64,000 bases of DNA from an uncultured Spirochaetaceae bacterium (GTDB lineage: Bacteria > Spirochaetota > Spirochaetia > SZUA-6 > Fen-1364), in contig CAYGXO010000063.1 in assembly GCA_964353885.1 (NCBI GenBank), positions 14,389-78,388 on the forward strand, written 5' to 3'. Each line of letters begins with the position of its first letter. Positions within the stretch are counted from its first letter, which is position 1. The notes beneath the pieces were generated by a model, which was given only the letters and a program-made list of their open reading frames with translations, was not told the origin of the DNA and ran no database searches. The translations under genes were made by a program, and so were the position numbers. Below, piece by piece: positions 53,382 through 63,729 of the stretch.

Positions 53382-55661
53382 AATCCTGAAGGCATCTTTG
53401 TTGGGCGCGGGCGACCCGTCGATCGACACCTCCAAGTGCCGCGCTCCCCCGCTCGACACCGTAAACCTGCCGTCTGCCAGCAGGAAGCACCACTCCTCGT
53501 CCGTGAAAATCGAGATTTCCGCGAGATGGGAACCGCGCTCGTCCCATACCGAAACGGTCGAATCCCTGTTCAGGGAGAACAGAAGGCCGTCGCGCGCCCG
53601 GAGCGTCCGCGGCACCCGCGCGGTGTCGGGGAACCTCATGAGGGCGAGGGATCCCGTGTCCCAGACGCTGATCCGGCCCGAGCCCAGCGACGAGAACAGG
53701 AGCCCCGTCGAGGAGTCCAGGGCAAGGGTCGCGAACAGGTCCTCCTGGTCGACTCTATCGATAGGGATCTCATTCTCGAAACCGCGGCCCGAATGCCGCA
53801 GAAGGCTCGTGGAGCCGCCGGCGTCCAGGCCGAGGGAGTAGAGCGCCGCGACGGCCGGATCGAAGAGGATCTCGTACGTGAAGACCGCGCGCGTGGGGAT
53901 GGCGACAGTCTCTCCCGTCTCCATATCGATCCGCAGCAGCGAGCCCTCCGTGGCGATCGCGGCATTGCGCCCACCGGCCAGCTCGGCGCTTCCTGTCAAG
54001 GCGATCGTCAACATGCCCGGAAGCCGCGCCTCGTAGCGGGCCGCGCCCGTCGCCGGATCGGTGAGCCGAACCGTGCCGCTCTTCTCGAGGCTCAGGAGCG
54101 TGCCGGCGAGAGGGCTGCCCTCGGGCTGCACTTCGACCTCGAGCAACGGGCCGCGGCTCTCCCCCCCTCCTCCCCCCAGGAACGAACCCGAGGCAATCTC
54201 GAGCGTGACAGGGGCGCCTGAGGCTTCGCCCTTCGGCCAGACCTGTAGGCGATCGGGTGAAAGAAAGGAGAGCCCGACAGCCGCTTTGATTGGATTGGGG
54301 ACGGTGACGACGTCGATCATGGGCGTCGAGGCGACAACCGTGGTGGTGGGAGCGCTGGCGCCGGCAAGAAGACGAGAGCTGAACACCCAGATCCGCTCGC
54401 TCGTGGCGAGTGCGATGCGCCTCGTCGATACGGCTATGCCCGTGACGAAGGCGAGATCGTCGCCAGCGAGCAGAGTCCTTTCTCCCGCCGCAGACATTCC
54501 ATGGATCTCACCGCCGCGGCTTGCGACGAAAATGCCCTGGCCGCCGAAGCACGCGATGACAGGCGCCGAGGGGAAAGGCGGCGCATCGCTCCTACGGATC
54601 AGCGCCTCACCAGCCACGGTCCAGAGCGAAAGCGCCGCGGACGCCCCCGCCCCTGCAGCGAACGCGAGCTCGCCGCCGTCCGGGGAGATGTCGGCCGAGA
54701 GAGCGCCGGCCAATGGCGCGCGCGCGCGAACGGCGCCGGTGAGCAGATCGACGAGCACGGCCTCCGTGCCCGTGGACCCGGCCAGGTAGCGCCTGTCGCG
54801 CGAGATGCGGATCGTCCCGAGGTAGGGGATACTCGCGAGGTCCCTCACGAGGCTTCCCGATGCGAGGTCCCAATAGGCGATCCTCCCGGCGGGCTGGTAG
54901 GTCATGATGGTCTTCTCGCTGGGGCCGATCTCCGCGAAGGTCACGATGCCGAACCCCTCGGAGAGGAACGCGAACGGCGCAGCGCTTTCGGAGCTCACGA
55001 TCTTCAAGCCTTCCCAGCGCGGCTGCCCGTAGACGAGCCAGCTCCCGCCGCCGGAATACCGCAGGAAGAGCGGCGCTTCGGCGAGCTCGATGCGGAACCG
55101 CCGTTTCTCCTGCTCCCAGTCCCAGACGGAAATCGCGAAGGAACGAGCGCCGTCGGTCTCCAGGACAGCCACCCGAGGCCCCGACGGATCGATGGCGATC
55201 ATGGCCACGGGGAGGTGCGTCACCTGAAGCCTGTGGACCAGTGCGCCGCGCGCAGGGTCCCACACTCGCACGGTGCCGTCCTCACCCGCGCTGAAGAGCA
55301 GCTTCCTCTCCTCGTCGTATTCGAGAGCGAGGACCTCTCCCCTGTGGCCGGTGTTGACAAGGGTCTTCACGACGGCCGGAAGATCCGCGCGGGAATTGGC
55401 GGAGATATCCGTGGCTGCCGTCCCGGAGGCCCCCGAGGGAGTCCCCGCGGGAGCCCCCGAGGGAGTCCCCGCGGGAGCCCCCGAGGGAGCCCCCGAGGGA
55501 GCCCCCGAGGGAGCCCCCGAGGGAGCCCCCGAGGACTTGCCAGCCGGTGTCGCTTTCTGAGCCTCGCCGACGCCCGAGGCGAACGAAACGCCCAGCGACG
55601 GAAGGGAAGCCAGGACAAGGACGAGCAGCAGTCGAGCGGGGAGTCCGGCGGGCCGGATCAT
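53376..55661 (-). CDS. Secreted WD40/beta-propeller repeat protein (761 aa) with N-terminal (G/A)(A/T)PS repeat linker
   Basis: Start reassigned to MIRPAGLPARLLLVLVLASLPSLG (ATGA overlap with the upstream gene). WD motif GHRGEVLALEYDEERKLLFSAGEDGTVRVWD. The track's 1208-aa ORF is a fusion artefact. Confidence 0.8.
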   Translation of the reverse strand: MIRPAGLPARLLLVLVLASLPSLGVSFASGVGEAQKATPAGKSSGAPSGAPSGAPSGAPSGAPAGTPSGAPAGTPSGASGTAATDISANSRADLPAVVKTLVNTGHRGEVLALEYDEERKLLFSAGEDGTVRVWDPARGALVHRLQVTHLPVAMIAIDPSGPRVAVLETDGARSFAISVWDWEQEKRRFRIELAEAPLFLRYSGGGSWLVYGQPRWEGLKIVSSESAAPFAFLSEGFGIVTFAEIGPSEKTIMTYQPAGRIAYWDLASGSLVRDLASIPYLGTIRISRDRRYLAGSTGTEAVLVDLLTGAVRARAPLAGALSADISPDGGELAFAAGAGASAALSLWTVAGEALIRRSDAPPFPSAPVIACFGGQGIFVASRGGEIHGMSAAGERTLLAGDDLAFVTGIAVSTRRIALATSERIWVFSSRLLAGASAPTTTVVASTPMIDVVTVPNPIKAAVGLSFLSPDRLQVWPKGEASGAPVTLEIASGSFLGGGGGESRGPLLEVEVQPEGSPLAGTLLSLEKSGTVRLTDPATGAARYEARLPGMLTIALTGSAELAGGRNAAIATEGSLLRIDMETGETVAIPTRAVFTYEILFDPAVAALYSLGLDAGGSTSLLRHSGRGFENEIPIDRVDQEDLFATLALDSSTGLLFSSLGSGRISVWDTGSLALMRFPDTARVPRTLRARDGLLFSLNRDSTVSVWDERGSHLAEISIFTDEEWCFLLADGRFTVSSGGARHLEVSIDGSPAPNKDAFRIP
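55426..55533. repeat. 12-bp-period tandem repeat inside the WD40 gene
   Basis: About nine GAGCCCCCGAGG / GAGTCCCCGCGG units encode GAPSGAPSGAPSGAPSGAPAGTPSGAPAGTPSG. Confidence 0.8.
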
Positions 55662-56299
55662 GCCCCTGGCTCCGCCTTGCGAATGGAAACATACGGAGGA
55701 TCGCAGAAGAGGCTGAAGGGCTCCTCCGAGAGCCTCGAGTCGAGATCGATCTCGATCTTGCGGTAGATTTCCCGGGAGAGCCGCGCGACGCCGATCTGCC
55801 CCTCGGCGAGCCCCTGGATGTGGAAGACCATCCTGTCGCTCTCGTCGCCTCGGTACAGGAACGTCACGTCGCGGTCCTCCCCCGCCCCTCCCGCGGCTCC
55901 CGTCAGGAGGTAGAACTTCATGATCTCGATGACCCGATCGTCCAGCCCCAATCCGAAAACGAGCACCTTCTCGACGAGCTCGGGTATGCCGATGGCGATC
56001 CTCGCGTGCCCCTCCACCCCTGGCCGCTTGCCCCTCATGCAAGCCACGCGCTCGGCCTCGGGCACGAGGAATATCCCGCGACCGCCGGACGCGCCGGGGA
56101 TCTCGCGCGCGACCGAGACGAGGCAGGGGAACTCGGGGGTCAGGCGCTTCCCGCAGGCGGGACAATCGGCCGCCATGAACCCTCCCTGGACGATGAGCTG
56201 CTCGACGCCCTCGTCGGCGGCGAGGTCCACGGTATCGGGCAGCTCCGCCTCGAATGTCTTCTCGCAGAAACAGGCTATCCTGCGCGTGACCAGGTGCAT
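55658..56299 (-). CDS. Hypothetical protein with split Zn-ribbon-like Cys pairs (CFC...CPAC), CpXC-like
   Basis: 213 aa. It starts 3 nt after rseP and has an ATGA junction with the WD40 gene. Confidence 0.45.
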   Translation of the reverse strand: MHLVTRRIACFCEKTFEAELPDTVDLAADEGVEQLIVQGGFMAADCPACGKRLTPEFPCLVSVAREIPGASGGRGIFLVPEAERVACMRGKRPGVEGHARIAIGIPELVEKVLVFGLGLDDRVIEIMKFYLLTGAAGGAGEDRDVTFLYRGDESDRMVFHIQGLAEGQIGVARLSREIYRKIEIDLDSRLSEEPFSLFCDPPYVSIRKAEPGA

Positions 56300-56302
56300 G
56301 TC

Positions 56303-57730
56303 CTACCGCCCCATGAAGAACAGGATATCGCTGAAAGTGATGAAAAGGCTCAGGATGATCAAGAGCGAGAACCCCACGAGCTGCAGGCGCCAGATCATTC
56401 GGGAGCGCACCGGCTTGCCGCGGACGAGCTCCACGGCGAACAGCGCGATCTGTCCCCCGTCCATCGCCGGAATCGGAAGTAGATTCATGAGGAACAGTGT
56501 GACGCTGAGGAAGGAGAGAAATCGGAAGAATGACACGACCCCGATGCCGATGCCGAGCTGAAACCCGCTGGTGGCCGCGCTGCCGATGTAGTAGGTGATC
56601 CGCAGAGGTCCGGCCACTGCATTGCGCAGGCTGATGCCGCGGAAGAGCAGTCCGATGCCCTTCACCGTAAGGGATATAGTGCTCGCCGTCTCCTCGAGGC
56701 TCCTCCGAAAGGCTCCGCCGAGGCCCATACGCGGGGAGCGGTAGGAGCGGGAGAGGAAATCGATGCCGAGGTTCGCGGCGCCTTTCGGGTCGTAGCTCAG
56801 AACGAGCGGAACCGTATGCTCGACGCCCTCTCGCTCGTAGCTCAGCACGAGCTTCCCCGGCTTCGACGCGAGCGCCTGGAGGAGATCGATTACGTTGCGC
56901 GTCTCCCTCCCTGCCGCCGCAAGAATCCTGTCGCCGGAGCGCAGCCCGGCCAGCGCGGCCGCGCTGCCCGGCGCGACGGTCTGGATGAGGGGATCTGTCC
57001 ACGCATAGATGCCAACCCTGCCGGCTCCTGAGCTTTTGTCGAGCGCCGGGGTCAGGGCGAGCGTCAGCGTCTCAACCTTCCCCGGCGCCTCTACGGATTC
57101 CCGCTCGACGGTGAATAGGAGGTGGCTTCCCGACGAGACGGTCACCTTTTCCAATATGTCCTGGAATTTCTCTACCGGCCTGCCGTCGATGGCCACGACC
57201 CTGTCTCCCGTGCGCAGGCCGGCGACCGTCGCGGGCGGAGGCTCGGAAAATCGATCAAGGGTGTAGTCCGTGGCGACGGCGATCCGATTGTCCGCGGAGT
57301 AGACGCGGAAGCCGACCCACCAGATCGCAGTGAATACCAGGACCGCAAAGAGCAGGTTGAAGAAAGGCCCGAACATCGCGATGGCGATGCGCCTCCAGGG
57401 TGAGGCGGCAAGGAACGATCCCTTCTCGGGCGGCTGCCTAGCGCCAGAAGCGCCCTCGGCGCCAGAAGCGCCCTCGGCGCCGGCAGCGCCTTCACCGCCG
57501 GCCAGCCCGGGCGCGATCTCGCCCTTCATTTTGCAGTAGCCGCCGATCGGGAACCAGGAGATCTGGTAGGACGTCCCTCCCCGCGTGAAGCCGACAAGCT
57601 TCGCCCCCCAACCGAGCGAAAACACCTCGACGTGGACACCGACGAGCCTGGCGGCCACGAAATGGCCCAGCTCGTGGATGAAGACCATGAGCCCAAGCCC
57701 CACGACGCCGAGCAGGATCGTCAGGATCAC
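56303..57730 (-). CDS. rseP: RIP metalloprotease RseP (site-2 protease, M50) with PDZ domains
   Basis: FIHELGHFVAA...PDZ LRTGDRVVAIDG / LRSGDRILAAAG...LNLLPIPAMDGG. Confidence 0.9.
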   Translation of the reverse strand: MILTILLGVVGLGLMVFIHELGHFVAARLVGVHVEVFSLGWGAKLVGFTRGGTSYQISWFPIGGYCKMKGEIAPGLAGGEGAAGAEGASGAEGASGARQPPEKGSFLAASPWRRIAIAMFGPFFNLLFAVLVFTAIWWVGFRVYSADNRIAVATDYTLDRFSEPPPATVAGLRTGDRVVAIDGRPVEKFQDILEKVTVSSGSHLLFTVERESVEAPGKVETLTLALTPALDKSSGAGRVGIYAWTDPLIQTVAPGSAAALAGLRSGDRILAAAGRETRNVIDLLQALASKPGKLVLSYEREGVEHTVPLVLSYDPKGAANLGIDFLSRSYRSPRMGLGGAFRRSLEETASTISLTVKGIGLLFRGISLRNAVAGPLRITYYIGSAATSGFQLGIGIGVVSFFRFLSFLSVTLFLMNLLPIPAMDGGQIALFAVELVRGKPVRSRMIWRLQLVGFSLLIILSLFITFSDILFFMGR

Positions 57731-58875
57731 AATGCCCTCTCCTTCATCCGCTCGGTCGCCCGGCGGCGCGCCTCCGCGTCGATCGCGAGCACGCCCTCCA
57801 CCGACGAGGGTTCACTCCCGTCAATGGCCTCCAGCACGTCCTCCACCACAGCCGAGATCGCCGTAAAGGGGATCGCATCCTCCATGAAGGCAGCCACGGC
57901 CACCTCGTTCGACGCGTTGTACACGATGGGATGCGCGGCCGAGAGGTCGGCGGCCTGGTAGGCGAGATCGAGCATCCGGTACTTCACCGGATCGACGGGC
58001 AGGAACGTCAGGCCTTTGCCGATCAGATCGAGCGAGGACACATCGTTGGCCCTTACAGCGGGAAACGTGAGCGCGTTCTGGATCGGGATGCGCATATCCG
58101 GCGTGCTGAGCTCGGCGTGGAGTGTCCCGTCGACCGTGCGAACGAGGGAGTGCACGAGGCTCTGGGGATGGATGAGAACGCGGATGCGGGCAAGCGCGAT
58201 CCCGAAAAGTCGGTGCGCCTCGATCACCTCGAGGCCCTTGTTGGCCATAGTGGCGGAATCAACCGTGATCTTGGCGCCCATCTTCCACGTCGGGTGCCGC
58301 AGGGCGTCGGCGAAGCGCACCCGCGAGAGCTCGGCGAAGGGCAGGTCGCGGAAGGCGCCGCCGGAGGCGGTGAGGATAAGCTCGGAGACCTCATCTGCGG
58401 CCTGGCACTGGAGCATGCTGAACAGGGCGGCGTGCTCGGAGTCGACGGGCAGAACGTTGCGCCCCTGTGCGATGGCTTCACGCTGGACCAGGACGCCCGC
58501 CATAACAAGGGACTCCTTGTTCGCCAGTGCCAGGTCTTTGCCCGAACGGAGCGCCGCGAGGGATGGCAATAAACCCGAGGCGCCCGCGATGCCGTTCACG
58601 ACAACATCGGCGTCGGTCTCTTCGACCAGGCGGAGCAGCCCCTCGCTTCCCCTATAGATCCGAAGCCCGGGCTGGCCTTCGACAACGAAATCGCGCCCAT
58701 CGTCCACAACCGCCGCGGCCTCGGGGTGGAACTCGGTCGCCTGCTCGGCGAGGCGCACCCGACGCTTCTTGCATGTGAGGGCGACAACGCTGAAGGAATC
58801 CCTCAGCGACCTCGCTACCGCGAGTGTGCTCTCACCGATCGAGCCCGTGCTGCCAAGGACGATGAGCCGTTTCAT
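57727..58875 (-). CDS. dxr: 1-deoxy-D-xylulose 5-phosphate reductoisomerase
   Basis: VLGSTGSIGESTL...LANKESLV...PVDSEH...HPTWKMG. Confidence 0.95.
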   Translation of the reverse strand: MKRLIVLGSTGSIGESTLAVARSLRDSFSVVALTCKKRRVRLAEQATEFHPEAAAVVDDGRDFVVEGQPGLRIYRGSEGLLRLVEETDADVVVNGIAGASGLLPSLAALRSGKDLALANKESLVMAGVLVQREAIAQGRNVLPVDSEHAALFSMLQCQAADEVSELILTASGGAFRDLPFAELSRVRFADALRHPTWKMGAKITVDSATMANKGLEVIEAHRLFGIALARIRVLIHPQSLVHSLVRTVDGTLHAELSTPDMRIPIQNALTFPAVRANDVSSLDLIGKGLTFLPVDPVKYRMLDLAYQAADLSAAHPIVYNASNEVAVAAFMEDAIPFTAISAVVEDVLEAIDGSEPSSVEGVLAIDAEARRRATERMKERAL

Positions 58876-58884
58876 TGCGCGGTC

Positions 58885-59736
58885 CTACCGACCGACCAGG
58901 AGCAGGAAGCCGTAGAGAAGGGGGGCGGCGAGCACCATCGAGTCCACGGAATCCAGAATCCCTCCCCGGCCCGGGATGACCACGCCTGAGTCCTTGACGC
59001 CCGCCGAGCGTTTCAGCCCGCTCTCGATCAGGTCTCCGAGGATGACGGCGATTCCGACGACGGACGAGAGCGCGATTTCGGCGCCGACGCTCAGCCCGAG
59101 AAAACCCGGGGCAAAGAGGCGGAACCCGAAGACGACGATGAACGAGCCGCCGATGCCCGCGGCAAAGCCGACCGCGCTCTTCTGAGGGCTCACCGGAAGG
59201 TGGAGGCAGGTCGAGCGGCCCCACAGGCTCCCCGCGAAGTACGCCGCCATGTCGTTGCCGAACACGACGCAGAGGAAGAAGAGGATGGTCAGCGATGGAT
59301 CGGGAAGCCCGCTCAGGCGCACGATGTAGGCAAGGGAGAGGCCGGGGTACAGCAGGACGAACACCGAGGAGGCGGTGAAAGAAAGCAGCGCCGGCAGGCT
59401 TCGGTTGGTCTGGAACAGGATCGATCGCACGAGGAGGATGGCGAACGCGGCGACGGGCCACAGCCCCTGCGCGGACTGCGGAATGATCCTCATGGTCTCC
59501 AGGTAGGCGGCGACGGGAAGCGTCCCCGCGAGAATAGGAGCGAGCCACCTGGCCGTGCGGATCCTCTTCGTCCGAAACAGGCCCTCCGCCTCGAAGGCGC
59601 CGATGACGGTCACGGCAACCACGATCGCGTTGAACGCGAGGTGTCCGAGCTGGGGCAACAGAAAGATCAGCGCACCGAACAAGGGGAACGCCACCGCCAC
59701 GAGAAGGATGCGGATGAGAAAATGCTTCCAGTTCAC
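58885..59736 (-). CDS. cdsA: Phosphatidate cytidylyltransferase
   Basis: C-terminal KRSAGVKDSGVVIPGRGGILDSVDS. GTG at 59736 overlaps the uppS stop (GTGA); the track start is 59817. Confidence 0.85.
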   Translation of the reverse strand: MNWKHFLIRILLVAVAFPLFGALIFLLPQLGHLAFNAIVVAVTVIGAFEAEGLFRTKRIRTARWLAPILAGTLPVAAYLETMRIIPQSAQGLWPVAAFAILLVRSILFQTNRSLPALLSFTASSVFVLLYPGLSLAYIVRLSGLPDPSLTILFFLCVVFGNDMAAYFAGSLWGRSTCLHLPVSPQKSAVGFAAGIGGSFIVVFGFRLFAPGFLGLSVGAEIALSSVVGIAVILGDLIESGLKRSAGVKDSGVVIPGRGGILDSVDSMVLAAPLLYGFLLLVGR

Positions 59737-60443
59737 TCTGCGCCGCCGAATCTCCGCGACCGCCCGCAGTAGTCGACGAGCGCGTCGACGAGGTCTTGCC
59801 TGTCCCAGTCGGGCCACAGCTTCGCACTGAAGTATATCTCCGCGTACGCGGATTCCCAGAGCAGGAAGTTGCTCAGCCTTTTCTCGTTGCCCGTTCGGAT
59901 CACCAGGTCCGGATCGGGCATCTCAGGCCTGTCGAGGTGGGCTCGGAACGATTCCTCCGTCAGCGAAGAGACCGAACCGCTCGCCAGCGCACGGTGCACC
60001 CCCCGCAGGATCTCGTCGCGGCCGCCATAGTTGATTGAAAGGTTGAGCGTAAGGCCGCCGAAGCCTTCGGTGTCACGCGAGATCGCGTCGATATCGCGGA
60101 CGATTTCGGGAGGCAGCCGGGCGAGGTCGCCGCTGTGCACGATCCGGATCCCGTTCTGTTTGTAGAACCCATACTCACGGCGAAGGTACGAACGGACGAG
60201 GAACATGAGATAGGACACCTCGTCGGCCGCCCGCGACCAGTTCTCCGTGGAGAACACGTACAGGCTGAGGAAGTCCAGGCCCAGTTCGGCGGCCGCGGTG
60301 ACGACCCGCTTGGCCGCCTTCATGCCCTCGAGGTGGCCTTCGGACCGGGGCCGCCCCCGCTGCGTCGCCCACCTGCCGTTGCCGTCCATGATGATGCCGA
60401 CGTGTCGCGGGAGCCTCTCCGTGTCGAGAGTTGGCGCGCTCAC
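59733..60443 (-). CDS. uppS: Isoprenyl transferase (undecaprenyl diphosphate synthase)
   Basis: HVGIIMDGNGRWA...FSTENWSR...IRTGNEKRLSNFLLWESAYAE. Confidence 0.95.
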   Translation of the reverse strand: MSAPTLDTERLPRHVGIIMDGNGRWATQRGRPRSEGHLEGMKAAKRVVTAAAELGLDFLSLYVFSTENWSRAADEVSYLMFLVRSYLRREYGFYKQNGIRIVHSGDLARLPPEIVRDIDAISRDTEGFGGLTLNLSINYGGRDEILRGVHRALASGSVSSLTEESFRAHLDRPEMPDPDLVIRTGNEKRLSNFLLWESAYAEIYFSAKLWPDWDRQDLVDALVDYCGRSRRFGGAE

Positions 60444-61000
60444 ACCTCGAGAATTTCCTTTTCCTTGGACTCGAGGACCTTGTTGATCTCCTCGATGTAC
60501 TTGTCGGTGAGCTTCTGGATCTCGTCGGTGGCCTTCTTCGCCTCGTCCTCGCTCAGCTCCGCGTCGGTCTTTGCCTTCTTGATCTCCTCGTTGGCATCAC
60601 GGCGGGCGGCGCGCACCGCCACGCGGGATTGCTCGGCGGTGTTCTTCGTGACCTTCACGAGATCTTTCCGCCGCTCTTCGGTGAGCGGCGGGATGTTGAT
60701 CCGGATGACCTTCCCGTCGTTGTTCGGGTTGACGGAAAGCTCCGACTTCTGGATCGCCTTCTCGATCTCCGTGAGCACGGAGCGGTCCCAGGGCTGGATG
60801 ATCACGAGGCGCGCCTCGGGGATCGAGATGGTCGCCACCTGATTGAGCGGCACCTTCTGGCCGTAGTACTCGACGCGGATCTTCTCGAACAGCGCCTGGG
60901 ACGCCCTGCTGCCGCGGAGAGTCTTGAACTCATCCTGCAGGGACTGGATGGCTTTCTTCATCCTGTCCTCGGCCTGGCCCCTGATTTTCTCTCTGGTCAT
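60440..61000 (-). CDS. frr: Ribosome recycling factor
   Basis: LRGSRASQALFEKIRVEYYG...PPLTEERRKDLVK. Confidence 0.95.
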   Translation of the reverse strand: MTREKIRGQAEDRMKKAIQSLQDEFKTLRGSRASQALFEKIRVEYYGQKVPLNQVATISIPEARLVIIQPWDRSVLTEIEKAIQKSELSVNPNNDGKVIRINIPPLTEERRKDLVKVTKNTAEQSRVAVRAARRDANEEIKKAKTDAELSEDEAKKATDEIQKLTDKYIEEINKVLESKEKEILEV

Positions 61001-61014
61001 ACCCCGCTCCTCCT

Positions 61015-61854
61015 TCAGGAACGATCGTCGCCCAGTTTCATGTACACGTAGTCGATGGCCTCGATCTTCGCGCCCGTTTCCTTTCCAAGGTCCTCGAGGA
61101 CCTTCGCGACCTTGCGCTTGTCGTCCTTGACGAAGGGCTGCTCGAGGAAGCAGACCTCGGAGAGCATCTTGTTCACCTTGCCCTTCGCGATGCCGGCACG
61201 GACATTCGCGGGCTTGTCCATGGCCTCCACCTGCTTGGCGAAGATCTCCTCCTGCTCCTTGAGGAACGCGGGGGTGACCTTCTCCTTCGAGAAGAACAGG
61301 GGCGCGAAGGCGGCGATGTGCAGAGCGCAGTCGAAAAGGGTCGCCTTCACCTTCGGATCGTCCTTCGCCTTCTCGCCCACGCGGAAGCGGGCCATGACGC
61401 CGATCCTGTTCTCGTGCACGTAGTCGACCAGCACCTCATCGGAGGGGACATCCACGACGACGATGCGGCGCAGCTCCATGTTCTCCTTGATCGTGCCGAC
61501 CGTCTGCTTCACCATGACATCCATGGCAGGGGTCTTCTCCGTCAGCCCCTGGTCGGCCACCAGCCCAACCAGCGCCTCCCCGAGCTCGAGGAACAGCGAG
61601 TTGCTCGCGACGAAGTCCGTTTCGCAGGTCAGCTCGAGCAGGATGCCCTTGCCGGGGAGGACTTTTGAAAAGATCTTCCCCTGATTGGTGACGCGCCCGC
61701 TTTTCTTGACAGCGGCGGCGAGCCCCTGTTCCTTGAGAAGGCGCTCGGCCTTGGTGAAATCGCCCTCGGCCTTCACCAGGGCGTTCTTGCAGTCCAGCAT
61801 GCCGGCTCCGGTCTTCTCCCGGAGCAGCTTGACGTCAGTTGCCTGTATTTCCAT
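61015..61854 (-). CDS. tsf: Elongation factor Ts
   Basis: VKLLREKTGAGMLDCKNALVKAEGDFTKA. Confidence 0.95.
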   Translation of the reverse strand: MEIQATDVKLLREKTGAGMLDCKNALVKAEGDFTKAERLLKEQGLAAAVKKSGRVTNQGKIFSKVLPGKGILLELTCETDFVASNSLFLELGEALVGLVADQGLTEKTPAMDVMVKQTVGTIKENMELRRIVVVDVPSDEVLVDYVHENRIGVMARFRVGEKAKDDPKVKATLFDCALHIAAFAPLFFSKEKVTPAFLKEQEEIFAKQVEAMDKPANVRAGIAKGKVNKMLSEVCFLEQPFVKDDKRKVAKVLEDLGKETGAKIEAIDYVYMKLGDDRS

Positions 61855-61866
61855 GGGTCTTCCCTC

Positions 61867-62835
61867 TCATTCCTTGTAGAGCTTGTCTTCGTCGATCTCG
61901 GGCTCTTCGGGGGAAGACGTCTCTTCCTTCTTGCCGGCCTCGTCGGGGTTGTAGTTGGAGTAGTCCTTGTCGGTGAAACCAGTGGCTGCCTCCTCGGCGG
62001 CGGCGGCGGCGCCGAGGGCCGCGGCGACCGCTACCTTCTCGACCTCCTCCTGGTCGTACTTGGACTGGGAGGCGAACTCGCCCTTGTCGATCGCCTCGGC
62101 AAACTCCTCCTCGCCCTTCTCCTCCACCAGGGTCTCGACGACCTCCAGGCCCACCTCGTTCTCGGCCTCGATGACGGCGTTCGCGATGATCTGGGCGAAA
62201 AGGTTGATGGCGCGGATCGCGTCGTCGTTGCCGGGGATGGGATACGTGATCCCCTCGGGATTGCAGTTGGTGTCGACCACGGCCACGATAGGCACGCCGA
62301 CCCGGCGCGCCTCGAGGACGGCGATGTCCTCCTTGCGCGTGTCGATGATGAAGACCACCCCGGGCAGCTCCTTCATCTCCTTGATGCCGCCGAGGTTCTT
62401 CTCGAGCTGGGTCCGCTCCTTCAGCAGCCGGGCGATTTCCTTCTTCGTCAGGTTCTCGAAGGTGCCGTCGACCTCCATCTTCTCCAGCTTCTTCAGGCGC
62501 AGGAGCGACTTCTTGATCGTCGCGAAGTTGGTGAGCATGCCGCCCAGCCAGCGGTTGTTCACGTAGAACATGTTGCAGCGCTTCGCCTCGCGCTCTACGG
62601 TCTGCTGGGCCTGCTTCTTCGTGCCGACGAAGAGCACTGACTTGCCCGCGAGCACGGTCTTCCGCACCGCCTCGTAGGCGTCCTTGATCGCCACGATGGT
62701 CTTCTGCAGGTCGATGATGTGGATCCCATTGCGCTCTGCGAAGATGTACTTCTTCATTCGCGGATCCCACCTCTTGGTCTGGTGCCCGAAATGGACCCCA
62801 GATTCCAAGAGATTCTTCATTGTGACAACAGCCAA
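61867..62835 (-). CDS. rpsB: 30S ribosomal protein S2 (with acidic C-terminal extension)
   Basis: (M)[29 protein letters not shown] at 62835 lies 6 nt after SD AAGGAGGA; the track start at 63048 is upstream junk. Confidence 0.9.
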   Translation of the reverse strand: MAVVTMKNLLESGVHFGHQTKRWDPRMKKYIFAERNGIHIIDLQKTIVAIKDAYEAVRKTVLAGKSVLFVGTKKQAQQTVEREAKRCNMFYVNNRWLGGMLTNFATIKKSLLRLKKLEKMEVDGTFENLTKKEIARLLKERTQLEKNLGGIKEMKELPGVVFIIDTRKEDIAVLEARRVGVPIVAVVDTNCNPEGITYPIPGNDDAIRAINLFAQIIANAVIEAENEVGLEVVETLVEEKGEEEFAEAIDKGEFASQSKYDQEEVEKVAVAAALGAAAAAEEAATGFTDKDYSNYNPDEAGKKEETSSPEEPEIDEDKLYKE

Positions 62836-62903
62836 AATTGTCCTCCTTCCCCCTCTACTTGGCTTATACACCACGGCACCACGGCCGGGTGAGATAGAAA
62901 GGG

Positions 62904-63485
62904 TCAAAAATGGTATTCGTGCCCCTTCAAGATGCCATAAAACGCCTCTAGAGGCAAGCCTACGACGTTGCTGTAGGAGCCCTTGATCCATTCGACGAAA
63001 AACGCCCCCCTCTCCTGAATCCGATAAGCCCCTGCCACCCCCGCCCATTCCCCGGTCTCGAGGTAGTATCGAAGCTCCTCGGGGGCCATGTCCCGAAACT
63101 TGACCTCCGTGCTTACCGTTTCGAAGACGATCGGCCTTCCCCTCTCCACGAGCATAGCGATGCCGGACCAGACCCTGTGGACCTTCCCCGAGAGCGAAAG
63201 GAGCATCGACTCGGCCTCTTCGGGCCCTGAGGGCTTGCCCAGAACCCTGCCGTCGATCTCCACGATCGTGTCGACGCCGAGGATCCAGCGGGGGGACACG
63301 GACTTGAACTTTTCGAGTACGGCCTCCACCTTGAGACGGGCGATGCCTGTCACGATGTCGGCAATCGTGGAGCCGGCAGGATACTCCTCGATGATGTCCG
63401 GCGAAATAACCTTGTGCGGGATCTTCACCCGAGTGAGGAGATCCCGTCTCCGCGGCGACCCCGAAGCGAGAATGATTGTCTCCAT
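62904..63485 (-). CDS. maf: Maf-like nucleoside-triphosphate pyrophosphatase
   Basis: [14 protein letters not shown]...GAYRIQERG...[14 protein letters not shown]. Confidence 0.9.
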   Translation of the reverse strand: METIILASGSPRRRDLLTRVKIPHKVISPDIIEEYPAGSTIADIVTGIARLKVEAVLEKFKSVSPRWILGVDTIVEIDGRVLGKPSGPEEAESMLLSLSGKVHRVWSGIAMLVERGRPIVFETVSTEVKFRDMAPEELRYYLETGEWAGVAGAYRIQERGAFFVEWIKGSYSNVVGLPLEAFYGILKGHEYHF

Positions 63486-63492
63486 GCCAACC

Positions 63493-63729
63493 TCACAGGA
63501 AGCGGAAGATGAGAAATCCTCCCAGAAGCCCCAGGAACGTGCCCGGGTTCACGAGAAAGTGCAGCGCGATCACATGCAGGTCGAAACCGATGGGGCCGAC
63601 GCTTAGGTCGATCCGGAGCCCCAAGCCGGCGGCAATGCGTTCGAAAAGCTCCCAGGAAAGGCCTCCGACCAGGGCGCCAAGTGCTCCAAGGACGAGGAAC
63701 GATGAGACCGTTTTGCCGTTTAGTTTCAT
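63493..63729 (-). CDS. Small membrane protein, DUF4321-like
   Basis: 78 aa with two TM helices. GPIGFDLHVIALHFLVNPGTFLGLLGG matches the DUF4321 pattern as I recall it. Confidence 0.65.
   Translation of the reverse strand: MKLNGKTVSSFLVLGALGALVGGLSWELFERIAAGLGLRIDLSVGPIGFDLHVIALHFLVNPGTFLGLLGGFLIFRFL

Noticed and set aside
53376-57002. 1208-aa ORF reported as a single protein
   Set aside because: Its N-terminal ~447 aa overlap rseP and the Zn-ribbon gene in another frame and look like junk. A signal-peptide start at 55661, with an ATGA junction, gives a coherent 761-aa WD40 protein.
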